Positions 1 to 9,323 of a stretch of 64,000 nucleotides of DNA are shown piece after piece. Origin of the DNA: a bacterium. Its GTDB lineage: Bacteria > JADJOY01. Position 1 is the stretch's first letter. The number at the start of each line of letters is the position of its first letter. Location of the stretch: positions 1-64,000 of the forward strand of contig JAXLQJ010000044.1 in NCBI GenBank assembly GCA_046331705.1, in the 5' to 3' direction. The translations under genes were made by a program, and so were the position numbers. A model generated the notes under the pieces. The model worked only from the letters and a program-made list of their open reading frames with translations, had not been told where the DNA came from and searched no databases.

Positions 1-2079
1 GCCGACCTTTTCGCGTCTGCCGTCTTTCGCGTAGCCCGCTTCAAGCTCAGATTTTATGAAGCCAATATCGTTGCTTCGTCGCCACGCGACGGAATCTAGC
101 CTCTCAACTTCAAAGCCAAGATCGCGCAGATAGGTGGCCAAGGCCCGCTCCGTCTGATAGGGCGCAATCGCTAGAAGGAATTTGTGAAACGATCCCTTGC
201 CCGAAAACTCGGCCGAAAGGGAGGCATATGCCGCGACAAAGACATTCAGGCCATCGGTACCACGAAATCGCACCTCTCTTTCGAGTCGATCGCGGTCCTC
301 AAGTTGAAGGGCACGAACCTCCTCAATGGCTCGAGCTCTGTGGGAAACAATCTCATTGAGAAACTCCTCTGGTGCAATGATTCTAATCTGTCCGGCCATC
401 CGCTTAACTTGATCCCGAAGTCGATCGATCGTCGGTCCGTAGAGTGATGCGAGCGGGTGTCCTCGAACGATTGCAGGCATCAGAACTGAAGCATCCAGGT
501 ACATGCGCTGGGGAAGCGTCATACCGTGACTAAACGTGGTTCTTGCGTGACCGAGCGCAATCTGAAGCGCGAAGCCAAGCCGTCCAAGCTCGGCCAAAAT
601 AGAGGCCTCGGCTCGCGATGGTCTATTCAGGAGATCTGCGATTGCATGCTCAGCGGCCTCACGCTTCGGGGCGGATAGCTTCGAGCGACCGACGAGCGAG
701 GAGAGCGTGCTGGCGGCGGATCCGATCTCTCCGACCACGGGCGAGACGAAGCTCGCAGCAAGGTCCCATGCGCGCACCACGAACAACTCCACCAATACCT
801 CGGAAATCTCCCGCGTCTCCGCCGGCGCCAACGCGACACTTTCTCGCACTTCCATGCGCTTCCCCACGCCGCGCGCCAGTTGAAGAGTCTGCTCGCTGAG
901 ATCGTTCTTCACCGTATGCGTAGAGACAAGATTGAGGCCGTCTTCTTTGCACGCGCCTACCGACGTTAATCTTCCGAGGGCGATTTCCAGCCGAGGCGCG
1001 ACTTCAACGTCTGGCATTCCAAGCCGTCGTCCCACCTCAAGTGTGAGCACGTCTCGGGCAAGCCCCACTTTGCCGGCATCTTCTAACAAGGCAATTACAA
1101 TGCCCTCAAGGACCACATCACGTAGTGGCGCGACTCGAGAGCCCATCTTGGCCGCGGCGTAACACAATCCTAGTAGTTGTCGCACCGCATCGAATGTGAC
1201 GGAGAACGGGCGCGCGGAACTTACATCCGCTGCGGGACGCGACCCGAGATTCTTGCTTACCTCGGCGATCGCCGACCAGAGCGCTTCATGATGGCGTGCG
1301 CTCGGATATTCAATGCATTTGAAGTTGAGTCGAGCAAGCTCGAATCCGAGGGGGGTATCATCGGATGAAATAAATGCTACCGGTGTTTGGGGAAAGGCCG
1401 TCCCGCGGAGTTCGCGCCACGACTTCAAGATCGCCAGGATTGCGGGGTCCGTGAAAGAAAATCCAAGAAACGCAAGGCGACGGTGGGAAAGAAGATTCAG
1501 AAGACCGTCGGTGAACGCGGGATCGTTGTAGGTGCGCTCATAATCTCTTTCATCAAAGACCATTTCGGCTGCATGCAGTGCGAGCTGACCACGTCCGTGA
1601 AGGAATAGGTAGAAGGGGTCCTTTACCCAGGCGGCATTGTTCGTGTGAGATTTGTCGATCTCGTGTGGTGTCTCTTGATCACGTTGGACAAGAATCTGCT
1701 TCCATGCCTCCAGCAGCGATGCGTCATAATTGGTGCTCACGATTCCCGCGATTGGGAGTGATGCGAGCGACATGAGGCTGCGCCAATCGTAGTGTTTGAG
1801 GGCGAAGAGATCCGTCAATGCGGTGGACTTCTCGCCCTCTGGGGCATTGAGAACACGCCGAAATAATGTCGCTGCTTGAAGCAATTGACCCGCTTTGACG
1901 CGGCTGCGCATCAAGTTGGCAAGGTCAGGCTCATACGTTTCAGCCCAGTCTGCCAAGCTCAGCAGAATGCCTGTCCAAGTTTTCCCGCCGGCCCGCGCGG
2001 ATACGCCGGCGCCAGTGAAGAGAAGCAACTCACCGTCGTGGCAGGCGGATGCAAGTGCTTGGCTGACTGATTGGGGCAT
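1..2079 (-). CDS. SIR2-like (SIR2_2) domain protein with central helical/wHTH-like region and C-terminal PIN-like domain; partial, runs off the left edge (>=693 aa)
   Basis: Not in the ORF track because there is no stop in the window. Hand translation from ATG 2079 (GGAG upstream) is open to base 1. Sirtuin-like motifs LLLFTGAGVS, IVSTNYD, YLFLHG, LAFLGFSFTDP; later MYLDASVLMP and IIAPEEFLNEIVSH resemble the start of a PIN fold. Confidence 0.85.
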   Translation of the reverse strand, partial: MPQSVSQALASACHDGELLLFTGAGVSARAGGKTWTGILLSLADWAETYEPDLANLMRSRVKAGQLLQAATLFRRVLNAPEGEKSTALTDLFALKHYDWRSLMSLASLPIAGIVSTNYDASLLEAWKQILVQRDQETPHEIDKSHTNNAAWVKDPFYLFLHGRGQLALHAAEMVFDERDYERTYNDPAFTDGLLNLLSHRRLAFLGFSFTDPAILAILKSWRELRGTAFPQTPVAFISSDDTPLGFELARLNFKCIEYPSARHHEALWSAIAEVSKNLGSRPAADVSSARPFSVTFDAVRQLLGLCYAAAKMGSRVAPLRDVVLEGIVIALLEDAGKVGLARDVLTLEVGRRLGMPDVEVAPRLEIALGRLTSVGACKEDGLNLVSTHTVKNDLSEQTLQLARGVGKRMEVRESVALAPAETREISEVLVELFVVRAWDLAASFVSPVVGEIGSAASTLSSLVGRSKLSAPKREAAEHAIADLLNRPSRAEASILAELGRLGFALQIALGHARTTFSHGMTLPQRMYLDASVLMPAIVRGHPLASLYGPTIDRLRDQVKRMAGQIRIIAPEEFLNEIVSHRARAIEEVRALQLEDRDRLEREVRFRGTDGLNVFVAAYASLSAEFSGKGSFHKFLLAIAPYQTERALATYLRDLGFEVERLDSVAWRRSNDIGFIKSELEAGYAKDGRREKVG

Positions 2080-2603
2080 CTTGGTTCTCCGCGAATGGCG
2101 ATTCGTACATCAGACCGCGTTGCGCAATCAACCGAGAGGAGGTCGCGAAGGTCCTGGCGCGTCGCCGAAGCTGGGTCTCCGTCCACGAACTGGGTGCGGT
2201 AAGGCGGGGTTTGCGCGTGGCCTGGTCTGGCCTCATTTCCGGAGGGGCGCAGGTCCGAGTCAAAGGGTGATGCGATTGGGGTCCAGGGGGGGCGCCGAGC
2301 TGTTGCGAGGGGGCGGGATGGCGGCTGGTGAGGGCGGGGGCCTAACGAGCGAGGCAAGGATTGCCATAGCCCGAGCCGGCTGGTGTGGAACGACACGGAT
2401 ACGACGACGAGGGAGTGGCAAAGGAAGACTTGGGATCGCCGGGAATGAAGGAAGGGTCCAGGATGTGGAGACGGCGTCCGAGATCCACGATCGGGAGGGG
2501 ATGAGTCGGGACAATGCGGGGTTGAAACCCTGATTGCGTATCGGCAACGTCTGCGCCTACGAGAATCTGTCCTAAGGGGCACCAAGTTGGTCGACAAATC
2601 GCG

Positions 2604-2690
2604 CGCGAACACACCGCTGTGGCTCCCGGACCACCACGGGATTTTCACGAGTGCATCCCGGGTGCCGTCAGCTTCAGCGACGAGTTGGGC
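2604..2690 (-). repeat. attC-like recombination site (imperfect, ~87 bp)
   Basis: Minus strand: R'' GCCCAAC just after the stop of 2718-3262, then a 5-nt spacer, GCTGAAGCTGACGGCACCCGG...CCGGGAGCCACAGC stem with bulges, a 5-nt spacer, then GTTCGCG. The L' arm looks about 5 nt short. Confidence 0.65.
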
Positions 2691-2717
2691 GGCCTCTCCG
2701 CTGCACCGTTTCTTGCC

Positions 2718-3262
2718 CTATGCGGCTTCGATGTCTTTGTCCGCCTCAAGCGCTGTCACGTAGCGTTCAAGATTATCGGCAATCTTCTCAAAGACCCGCG
2801 GCAGGAATGGTTCGATGTCCTCGAAAGTTGGGTTCGCTTGATGTGGACCGCCGTGATAGTACCGCAGGTGATGGAGGACGGCCTCCTTCTCTCCGTCGAG
2901 TTGGTCTAGGGCGTCCCGCGACCTGTAATCATGGAGTGCGGACAAGTGAATGAAACCACAACCAAAACGATAGACAGATTCGGTCCAGCCGTGCAGGCCA
3001 TTCGCGATGGACACCATCTCACGATCCGTGATTTTGCGGCGAGATGACGGGGCCGTCCATTTCTTGTCGTGTACGGCGGCATCGATCAGCGCATGTCGGT
3101 ACGATCGATCCGGCTGGGCCAAGAGGAAGATGAGCCTGACCATTGAATCGAGCTCCTGGCGAAGGATCGACACGATCTGACCAGGAAGCCCATCGAGTCT
3201 TCGCACGGGCCTGCCTGTGCTCAGCCGAGCGAGCACGCACTTGGCGGCAAAATTGCGACCAT
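2718..3262 (-). pseudogene. Gene-cassette hypothetical protein, frameshifted near the N-terminus
   Basis: The C-terminal frame 2718-3236 (RRLDGLPGQIVSILRQELDSMVR...) joins naturally to QFCRQVRARSAEHRQA in another frame if one C is removed at ~3208-3210. It lies between the attI-like core and attC. Confidence 0.6.
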
Positions 3263-3275
3263 GTTCACAATTGGT

Positions 3276-3312
3276 CCGCCCAACTCGAATTCGACTGAAC
3301 TACCCAGTTCAC
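3276..3312 (-). other. attI-like site / crossover point of the first cassette
   Basis: GTTGGGC core (GTTRRRY) on the minus strand at 3278-3284 is exactly complementary to the R'' of the same cassette (2684-2690); the inverted match extends to 12 bp (CCGCCCAACTCG). There is an adjacent TGAACT-N4-AGTTCA inverted repeat, and no attC arm upstream. Confidence 0.6.
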
Positions 3313-3433
3313 CCTACGAGGGCGGCTTCGCCCACGTAGCGGGGATTCTGCCCGGAGCGGCGGAATGGCGCAAGTGTGCGCCGTATCAGCAGATTCGAAG
3401 GTGGGCGAAGCGTTGAGCCAGACCGGAACCGCG

Positions 3434-4456
3434 CTACCAAGACCGGGGTAGCGGGTATTGGGTGGGTCGGCTTTCGAGGCGATCCATGGGGCTGCGGATG
3501 TTGGCGAAGCGGTGCTGGATCACGTGGGTGTAGATCATGGTGGTGCTGACGTCGTTGTGGCCGAGGAGCTCCTGGACGGTGCGAATGTCGTAGCCGTCCT
3601 CGAGGAGGTGCGTGGCAAAGGAGTGGCGCAATGTGTGGCAGGTGGCGCGTTTCGAGAGCCGCGCGCGAACCACGGCGAGGGAGACGGCGCGCTGGAGCAC
3701 GGATTCGTGCAGGTGATGGCGGCGGCGCTCGCCAGTGGGCGGGTGGAGGTAGGTGCGGGTCGCGGGAAATACCCACTGCCACGGCCACGACCGGGCTGCG
3801 GTGGGGAGTTTCTCGGCGAGGGCGGTGGGTAGTTCGACGTATCCGGCGCCGGCGGCGAGATCGCCCTGGTGCTGGGCGCGTGCGAAGGCGATCTGACGAG
3901 CGAGAGGCTCGATCAGCGACCCTGGCAAGATGGTCACGCGGTCTTTGGCGCCCTTGCCCTGGCGAACGGTGAGCTCGCGTCGCGCGATGTCCACGTCCTT
4001 GATCCGAAGCTGTGCGCACTCGAGCAATCGCAGGCCGGAGCCGTAGAGCAGTGCGGCCATGAGCCGCGGAGTGCCATCCAGGGCATCCAACAACGCGGCG
4101 ACCTCGTCGCGCGTGAGCACGACGGGGATTCGTTCGGGCCGCTTGGCGCGAACCACGTCGTCCAGCCACGGAAGATCGAGGCCGAGCACGTCGCGGTAGA
4201 GAAACAGCAGCGCAGCGAGGGCCGGGTTCTGGGTCGAGGCGCTGACGCGGCGCTGGACGGCGAGGAAGCTCAGGAACGCCGTGACCTCCGGGGCGCCGAG
4301 CTCACGCGGGTGGCGCTTGCCGTGAAAGACGATGAAACGGCGGATCCAGCTGACGTACGCCTTCTCGGTGCGGCGGCTCAGGTGGCGGGTGCGGGCGGTC
4401 TCGCGCACGCGATCCAGAAGGCGTGCCGGCTGGGCGATTGGGGTCGGTGTGAGCAT
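3434..4456 (-). CDS. intI: Integron integrase (tyrosine recombinase)
   Basis: [18 protein letters not shown]-terminus; [44 protein letters not shown]; IntI-specific insert [10 protein letters not shown]...WPWQWVFP...RRHHLHES. Confidence 0.97.
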   Translation of the reverse strand: MLTPTPIAQPARLLDRVRETARTRHLSRRTEKAYVSWIRRFIVFHGKRHPRELGAPEVTAFLSFLAVQRRVSASTQNPALAALLFLYRDVLGLDLPWLDDVVRAKRPERIPVVLTRDEVAALLDALDGTPRLMAALLYGSGLRLLECAQLRIKDVDIARRELTVRQGKGAKDRVTILPGSLIEPLARQIAFARAQHQGDLAAGAGYVELPTALAEKLPTAARSWPWQWVFPATRTYLHPPTGERRRHHLHESVLQRAVSLAVVRARLSKRATCHTLRHSFATHLLEDGYDIRTVQELLGHNDVSTTMIYTHVIQHRFANIRSPMDRLESRPTQYPLPRSW

Positions 4457-4495
4457 GCGTGCGTGCGCCGGTTCGGAGGCATGCAGTGATCACGG

Positions 4496-4511
4496 AGCAC
4501 GGCACGTGCCG
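4496..4511 (-). promoter_or_regulatory. Possible sigma-54 (-24/-12) promoter of intI
   Basis: Minus strand CGGCACGTGCCGTGCT fits GG-N10-GC (consensus TGGCACG-N4-TTGCW), about 40 nt upstream of the ATG. Chance matches are possible at this GC content. Confidence 0.35.
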
Positions 4512-4763
4512 CAGGACGACATGCCGCTATTCCGCGGAATACGGGTTTCGACGGGGGGCGACCGCGCCCGGGCGGGCGCAGGCAGCGCGCAGGTGTGCGC
4601 CGCGGAGGGCGCAGGTGTTTTCAGCGGAAAACAGGTGAGGGATTCAGGGGCGATCGAGATCCGTGTTCCGCCGGTCGCACGCGCACCGACTGGAGCGCGC
4701 AACTCTGGGCCCTCGGCGCGAGGGGCGGGTGGTCGGGCTGCTGGTGGCCCGCCCGCGGCGAGA

Positions 4764-5483
4764 TCAGGCCGGCGGGCGGATTGTGGCGAAGCCGAGCAGC
4801 TCGCGGGTGGAGCCGCGCCGGTAGAGCTGGACGCATGCGCGCTCGCAGCGATCGAGCGCTGCTGCGAGATTGGCGCTCTCGGCGAAGGCGCGCAGCGTCG
4901 CTTCGTCGCTGCCGCCCACGGCGGCGGTCACCGGATAGGTGAGGCGGTTGGGGTCGTTGGGGCGCGGATCGACGACGAATTCGAAGTCGAGGCGCACCAC
5001 CGACTCGTACACCACGGGTAGGCCGGCGCGTCCCGACGCGTTGCGGATGGCGTCGAAGAAGGCGGTGGGGTCGGCGGCACACACGTGTGCGGCCAAGACC
5101 CGGCGATGGGTCTCGACGCCGCTCTTCGGATCACGCGGCTCCGTGAATGCGAGCTCGAGGCGGGCGGTGCCGCGCTCGCGAAAGCGGTTGACGAAGGCGT
5201 AGTAGGGATTCGCGATCATCGCGAGCATGCGGCGATGGTTGCGATAGCGCACCAGCATCCAGGTCTCGCACGGGCTTTGGTCCCGCCACGTCGCCACGCG
5301 GTGGCCGACGAAGAGCGGCCCGCCGCCGGTGGCGAGGAGCACCGGCGCCAAGAGCCGCGCGTACCAGCGGTACTGCGCGAGATCCGCGTAGGTGAGGAAG
5401 TTCGGGCAATCGGTGGGGCTGAACGTGGGCGCCGCGTACACGCGGCGAAACGCCGCGGTGTCGAAGCGGCGCGCGAGGCTCAC
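4764..5483 (-). CDS. Hypothetical protein
   Basis: 239-aa ORF with host-like codon usage, 6 nt downstream of the rhodanese gene on the same strand. Confidence 0.7.
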   Translation of the reverse strand: MSLARRFDTAAFRRVYAAPTFSPTDCPNFLTYADLAQYRWYARLLAPVLLATGGGPLFVGHRVATWRDQSPCETWMLVRYRNHRRMLAMIANPYYAFVNRFRERGTARLELAFTEPRDPKSGVETHRRVLAAHVCAADPTAFFDAIRNASGRAGLPVVYESVVRLDFEFVVDPRPNDPNRLTYPVTAAVGGSDEATLRAFAESANLAAALDRCERACVQLYRRGSTRELLGFATIRPPA

Positions 5484-5489
5484 GCTCGA

Positions 5490-6038
5490 TCAGCCCACTT
5501 CCGGCTGTTCGGGCCAGCCGTGAAAGATGCTGCCTGCCACGTTGTGGAGGTTCGTGTAGCCCTTCTGGTTCGCCAGGAACTCGCACGCCGCCGAGGAGCG
5601 TGCGCCGGCGGCGCAGTGCACCACGACGTTCGGCGCGTCCTTGGGCACCTCGGACCAGCGCTTCTCGATCTGGTCGACGGGGATGTGGATGGCACCCGCC
5701 ACGTGGCCTGCGCGCCACTCGTCGTAGGTGCGCACGTCCACCACGACGCTGCCCGGCGCCGCCTTCACCAGCTGGTAGGCCTTGGCGCCGTCGATGTCGT
5801 CGTAGAGGCGTCCTTCCATCACCATCGAGGGGCTCACGGTCTTGCCGCCGGCCAACGCCGCCACCTGCGCCTTGAGCACCTTGAGATCGGCGCGAACCTC
5901 TTCCTTGACGTTGGTGATCTGCGAGTCCTTGTAGCGCAGCTCGCTCTCGAGCTTGTCGATGCGTCCCGCCGCCGCGGTGGCGGTCTTGAACGCGAACGCG
6001 GCCGCGACGATCGCGGCCAACAGCAACAACGTGGTCAT
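5490..6038 (-). CDS. Membrane-anchored rhodanese-like protein
   Basis: Start MTTLLLL with GGAGG SD; N-terminal TM segment and coiled coil; VVDVRTYDEWRAGHVAGAIHIP and active-site HCAAGARS. Confidence 0.9.
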   Translation of the reverse strand: MTTLLLLAAIVAAAFAFKTATAAAGRIDKLESELRYKDSQITNVKEEVRADLKVLKAQVAALAGGKTVSPSMVMEGRLYDDIDGAKAYQLVKAAPGSVVVDVRTYDEWRAGHVAGAIHIPVDQIEKRWSEVPKDAPNVVVHCAAGARSSAACEFLANQKGYTNLHNVAGSIFHGWPEQPEVG

Positions 6039-6238
6039 GTCTTGATCCTCCCCTGAGTCGAGTCCGGCGAGGGTAACCAGCGCCAACTCGGCGCCGCAAG
6101 GCGGCCCATCGCGTGGCCCATCGCAGGCGGCCCGCCGCACGGCGCGTCGCGAACTGTCGTGCCCCGTCGCGAGCCCGCACGTCGGGGTCGTCTTGTAGCC
6201 GCAGGTGTCGGGACGATACGTTGCGCGGGGGTCGTGTC

Positions 6239-8494
6239 TTGAGAATTTCGGCTGCGTGCCGCGTTTTCGCCGCCTGCTGCGTGCTCGCGTGGGTTCTGCC
6301 GCGGGCGGACGCCGCTCGCGCGGCCACCAAGGGCCACGTCGCGGCGGCGCTGGTCTCGGAAGCCGCGCGCGTGGGTCCAGGCCGGCCGTTCTGGGTGGCG
6401 ATCGAGCTGGTCCACGACCCCGATTGGCACACCTACTGGCGGAACCCCGGCGACTCCGGGCTCGCCACCGACATCGAGTGGACGCTGCCGCAGGGTTTCC
6501 GCGCCGGCGAGATCCAGTGGCCGTTTCCCGGGCGGATCGAGAGCGGCCCGCTCACGAGCTATGGCTATTCTGGGCGGGTGTTGTTGCCGGTCGAGATCGA
6601 GCCGCCTCAGAAGATCGAGGGCAGCTCGACGGTCCAGCTCGCGGGCAAGGTGTCGTGGCTCGAATGCGCCGACATCTGCGTGCCGGGCTCGGCGGACGTC
6701 GCGGTGAACGTGGCGGTCTCGCCCGAGCCGACCGTCCTCGATCCCAAGCGAGCGCCGGAGCTGGCGGACGCGCGCGGGCGTCTTCCCCTCGAATCCGCCG
6801 CGTTGGGCTTCGCGTTCGCGGGGCGCTTCGACGAGCACACGATCGAGATCGACGTCACTCCGCCCAGCTGGCTCACCGAGCCGGTGGGACGAGTGGAGCT
6901 CTTCCCGTTCGACGCCGAGCTGATCCAGCACGCCGCGGCGCAAGAGTGGCGGGAATCGGCGCGCCCCTTCCAGCTCCGCGTCCCGCGCACCTCCACCTCG
7001 GTCGCGACGCCGAGCCGCGCCTCGGGCGTCCTGATCTCGCCGACGGGCTGGCGCGGCGCCGGGTCCGAACGAGCGCTCGCCATCGATGTACCGCTGGTGC
7101 GCGCGAGCACGGCCCTTCCGCCGGTGGCCGCCACCTCCGGCGCCGGCGAGACCCACCTCCACGTTCAGGGTGCCACCCGCGTCGCGCCCGCCGCGCCGAG
7201 CGGCGAGGTCACGAGCCTGCCGATGGCGCTGGTGTTCGCGTTCCTCGGCGGTCTGGTGCTGAACCTCATGCCGTGCGTGTTCCCGGTGCTCTCGATCAAG
7301 GTGATCGGCTTCATCGAGCAGGGGCACCAGGACCGGAGGCGCGCGCTGGAGCACGCGCTGGTGTTCGCCCTCGGCGTGCTGGTCTCGTTCTGGGCCCTGG
7401 CGGGTGCGCTCATGGCGCTGCGCGCGGGCGGCGCGCTGCTCGGCTGGGGCTTCCAGCTCCAGTCTCCGCCCTTCGTGGTGGCGCTGGCGGCGCTCTTCTT
7501 CGCCATGGCGCTCAATCTCTTCGACGTGTTCGAGATCAGCGGCGCCGGTGTCACGCAAGCCGCGAGCTCGGCCTCGGCGCGCTCCGGCTGGCTGGGCTCG
7601 TTCCTGAGCGGCTGCCTGGCGACGCTGGTCGCCACGCCGTGCACCGCGCCGTTCATGGGCGCGGCGCTCGGCTTCGCGCTGGCGCAGTCGCCGCTGGTGG
7701 GGCTCGCGATCTTCACGGCGCTCGGGCTCGGCATGGCGTTGCCCTACGTGGTGCTCGTGACCTCGCCGCGGCTGATGCGACGCATCCCGCGACCGGGCGC
7801 GTGGATGGACACCGTGCGACACCTCATGGGCTTCCTGCTCATGGCCACGGTGGTGTGGCTGGCATGGGTGCTGTCGCGGCTGGCGGGGATCGGCGCGGTG
7901 ATCGGGCTGCTCGGGGCGCTGTGGCTCATCGGTCTCGGTTCGTGGATCGCCGGGCGTTTCGGCTCGCTGGTCGCGAGCGACGCGAGCCGGCTGATCTCGC
8001 GTTTCGCCGCGGTCGCGCTCGTGGCGCTCGGCCTGTGGGTCGCGATTTCCCGCATCGGCGACGAGTGCAGCGCCGCCGCGCCGGGCTCCGAGGCCTGCTC
8101 GATCGCCACACCGGACTCGCGTGCCGCATCCCCAGGCGAGACCACCTGGGAGCCGTGGTCGCCGGATCGCGTGACCGCGGCGCTGGCGGCGGGGCGCCCC
8201 GTTCTCGTCGATGCGACGGCGGCGTGGTGCCTGAGCTGCCAGGTGAACGAGCGCGTGGCGCTCGCCTCGCCGGCGGTGAAGGCGGCGCTCGCGGCACGCA
8301 ACGTGGTCACGCTCCGCGCCGACTGGACGCATCGCGATCCCGCGATCACCCAGTGGCTCGCGTCCTTCGGTCGCGCCGGCGTGCCGCTCTACGTGCTCTA
8401 CGACGCACCGCACGGCAGCGACCCAGCGCCCACGATCCTGCCCGCGGTGCTCACGCCGCAGATCGTGCTCGACGCGCTGGCGCGTCTCACCTGA
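6239..8494 (+). CDS. dsbD: DsbD-family protein-disulfide reductase (DsbD_N + TM + thioredoxin)
   Basis: WHTYWRNPGDSG, CADIC, LNLMPCVFPVL, ATPCTAP, TAAWCLSCQVNE. Start codon uncertain. Confidence 0.92.
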   Translation: MRISAACRVFAACCVLAWVLPRADAARAATKGHVAAALVSEAARVGPGRPFWVAIELVHDPDWHTYWRNPGDSGLATDIEWTLPQGFRAGEIQWPFPGRIESGPLTSYGYSGRVLLPVEIEPPQKIEGSSTVQLAGKVSWLECADICVPGSADVAVNVAVSPEPTVLDPKRAPELADARGRLPLESAALGFAFAGRFDEHTIEIDVTPPSWLTEPVGRVELFPFDAELIQHAAAQEWRESARPFQLRVPRTSTSVATPSRASGVLISPTGWRGAGSERALAIDVPLVRASTALPPVAATSGAGETHLHVQGATRVAPAAPSGEVTSLPMALVFAFLGGLVLNLMPCVFPVLSIKVIGFIEQGHQDRRRALEHALVFALGVLVSFWALAGALMALRAGGALLGWGFQLQSPPFVVALAALFFAMALNLFDVFEISGAGVTQAASSASARSGWLGSFLSGCLATLVATPCTAPFMGAALGFALAQSPLVGLAIFTALGLGMALPYVVLVTSPRLMRRIPRPGAWMDTVRHLMGFLLMATVVWLAWVLSRLAGIGAVIGLLGALWLIGLGSWIAGRFGSLVASDASRLISRFAAVALVALGLWVAISRIGDECSAAAPGSEACSIATPDSRAASPGETTWEPWSPDRVTAALAAGRPVLVDATAAWCLSCQVNERVALASPAVKAALAARNVVTLRADWTHRDPAITQWLASFGRAGVPLYVLYDAPHGSDPAPTILPAVLTPQIVLDALARLT

Positions 8495-8545
8495 CCCCTC
8501 GCACCTCCCGCCCGACGCGAAACGAAAACGAAAGGTCCGTGCCTC

Positions 8546-9163
8546 ATGAAGCGATTCACCCTCGCGAGCCTCGCCGCGCTGGCGCTCTTGCTCGGCTGTC
8601 GCACCGAGAACGCTCGCGCCGACGAGGTGGAGATCGGAAAGCCCGCGCCCGCCTTCTCACTCCCCGATCCAAGTGGCAAGACCGTCGGCCTCGGGGACTT
8701 CAAGGGCAAGTACGTCGTCCTCGAGTGGACGAACCCCGAGTGCCCGTTCGTCCGCAAGCACTACTCGAGCGGGAACATGCAGAAGGTCCAGCAGACCTAC
8801 ACCGAAAAGGGCGTGGTGTGGCTGTCGATCGCCTCTTCGGCGCCGGGCAAGGAAGGAAACTACCCGGCCGCCGAATGGAACGACATCCAGGCGAAACGCG
8901 GCGCCCGCGCGACGGCGTTGCTGCTCGACCCCGACGGCAAGGTGGGACGGACGTACGGCGCCAAGACCACGCCGCACATGTTCATCGTCGATCCGGCGGG
9001 CACGCTGATCTACCAAGGAGCGATCGACGATCACGCGTCTGCGAATCCGAACGACATCCCCAAATCGAAGAACTACGTGGCCGCGGCGCTCGACGAGGCG
9101 ATGGCCGGGAAGGCCGTCTCGACTCCCTCCACGAAGTCCTACGGCTGCAGCGTGAAATACTGA
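8546..9163 (+). CDS. Exported thioredoxin/redoxin-family lipoprotein
   Basis: Signal peptide with LLGC; VVLEWTNPECPFV, YGAKTTPHMF, YQGAIDD, YGCSVKY; directly follows dsbD. Confidence 0.92.
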   Translation: MKRFTLASLAALALLLGCRTENARADEVEIGKPAPAFSLPDPSGKTVGLGDFKGKYVVLEWTNPECPFVRKHYSSGNMQKVQQTYTEKGVVWLSIASSAPGKEGNYPAAEWNDIQAKRGARATALLLDPDGKVGRTYGAKTTPHMFIVDPAGTLIYQGAIDDHASANPNDIPKSKNYVAAALDEAMAGKAVSTPSTKSYGCSVKY

Positions 9164-9323
9164 AAGGCATCGGGAACGATATCGGTGGCGGGCGAGATCG
9201 CGGCGGCCGCCGACACGCGCCGGGCGAGCCATGAGTCGGGCGGCCGGCGCGGAGCAGCGACAGCGACTACGGCAGCGGCGAGGGCATGAACCGCCACGCT
9301 CACGAAACAACCAGGAGAGAATC

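Noticed and set aside
184..2070. Short plus-strand ORFs in the first 2 kb
   Set aside because: They are shadows of the uninterrupted minus-strand SIR2-like frame, which carries the recognisable motifs.
1895..2648. ORFs 1895-2533(+) and 1959-2648(-), or a group IIC-attC intron remnant
   Set aside because: Low-complexity translations with no motifs; no domain V hairpin and no RT gene seen.
3296..3311. TGAACT-N4-AGTTCA as a LexA box
   Set aside because: The GAAC-to-GTTC spacing is 6 rather than 4 as at 39560; better read as part of the attI region.
7169..7178. GGTGCCACCC inside dsbD as another transposase end motif
   Set aside because: Only 10 nt match and the CACC half is missing, so chance cannot be excluded; it does lie in a variable linker.
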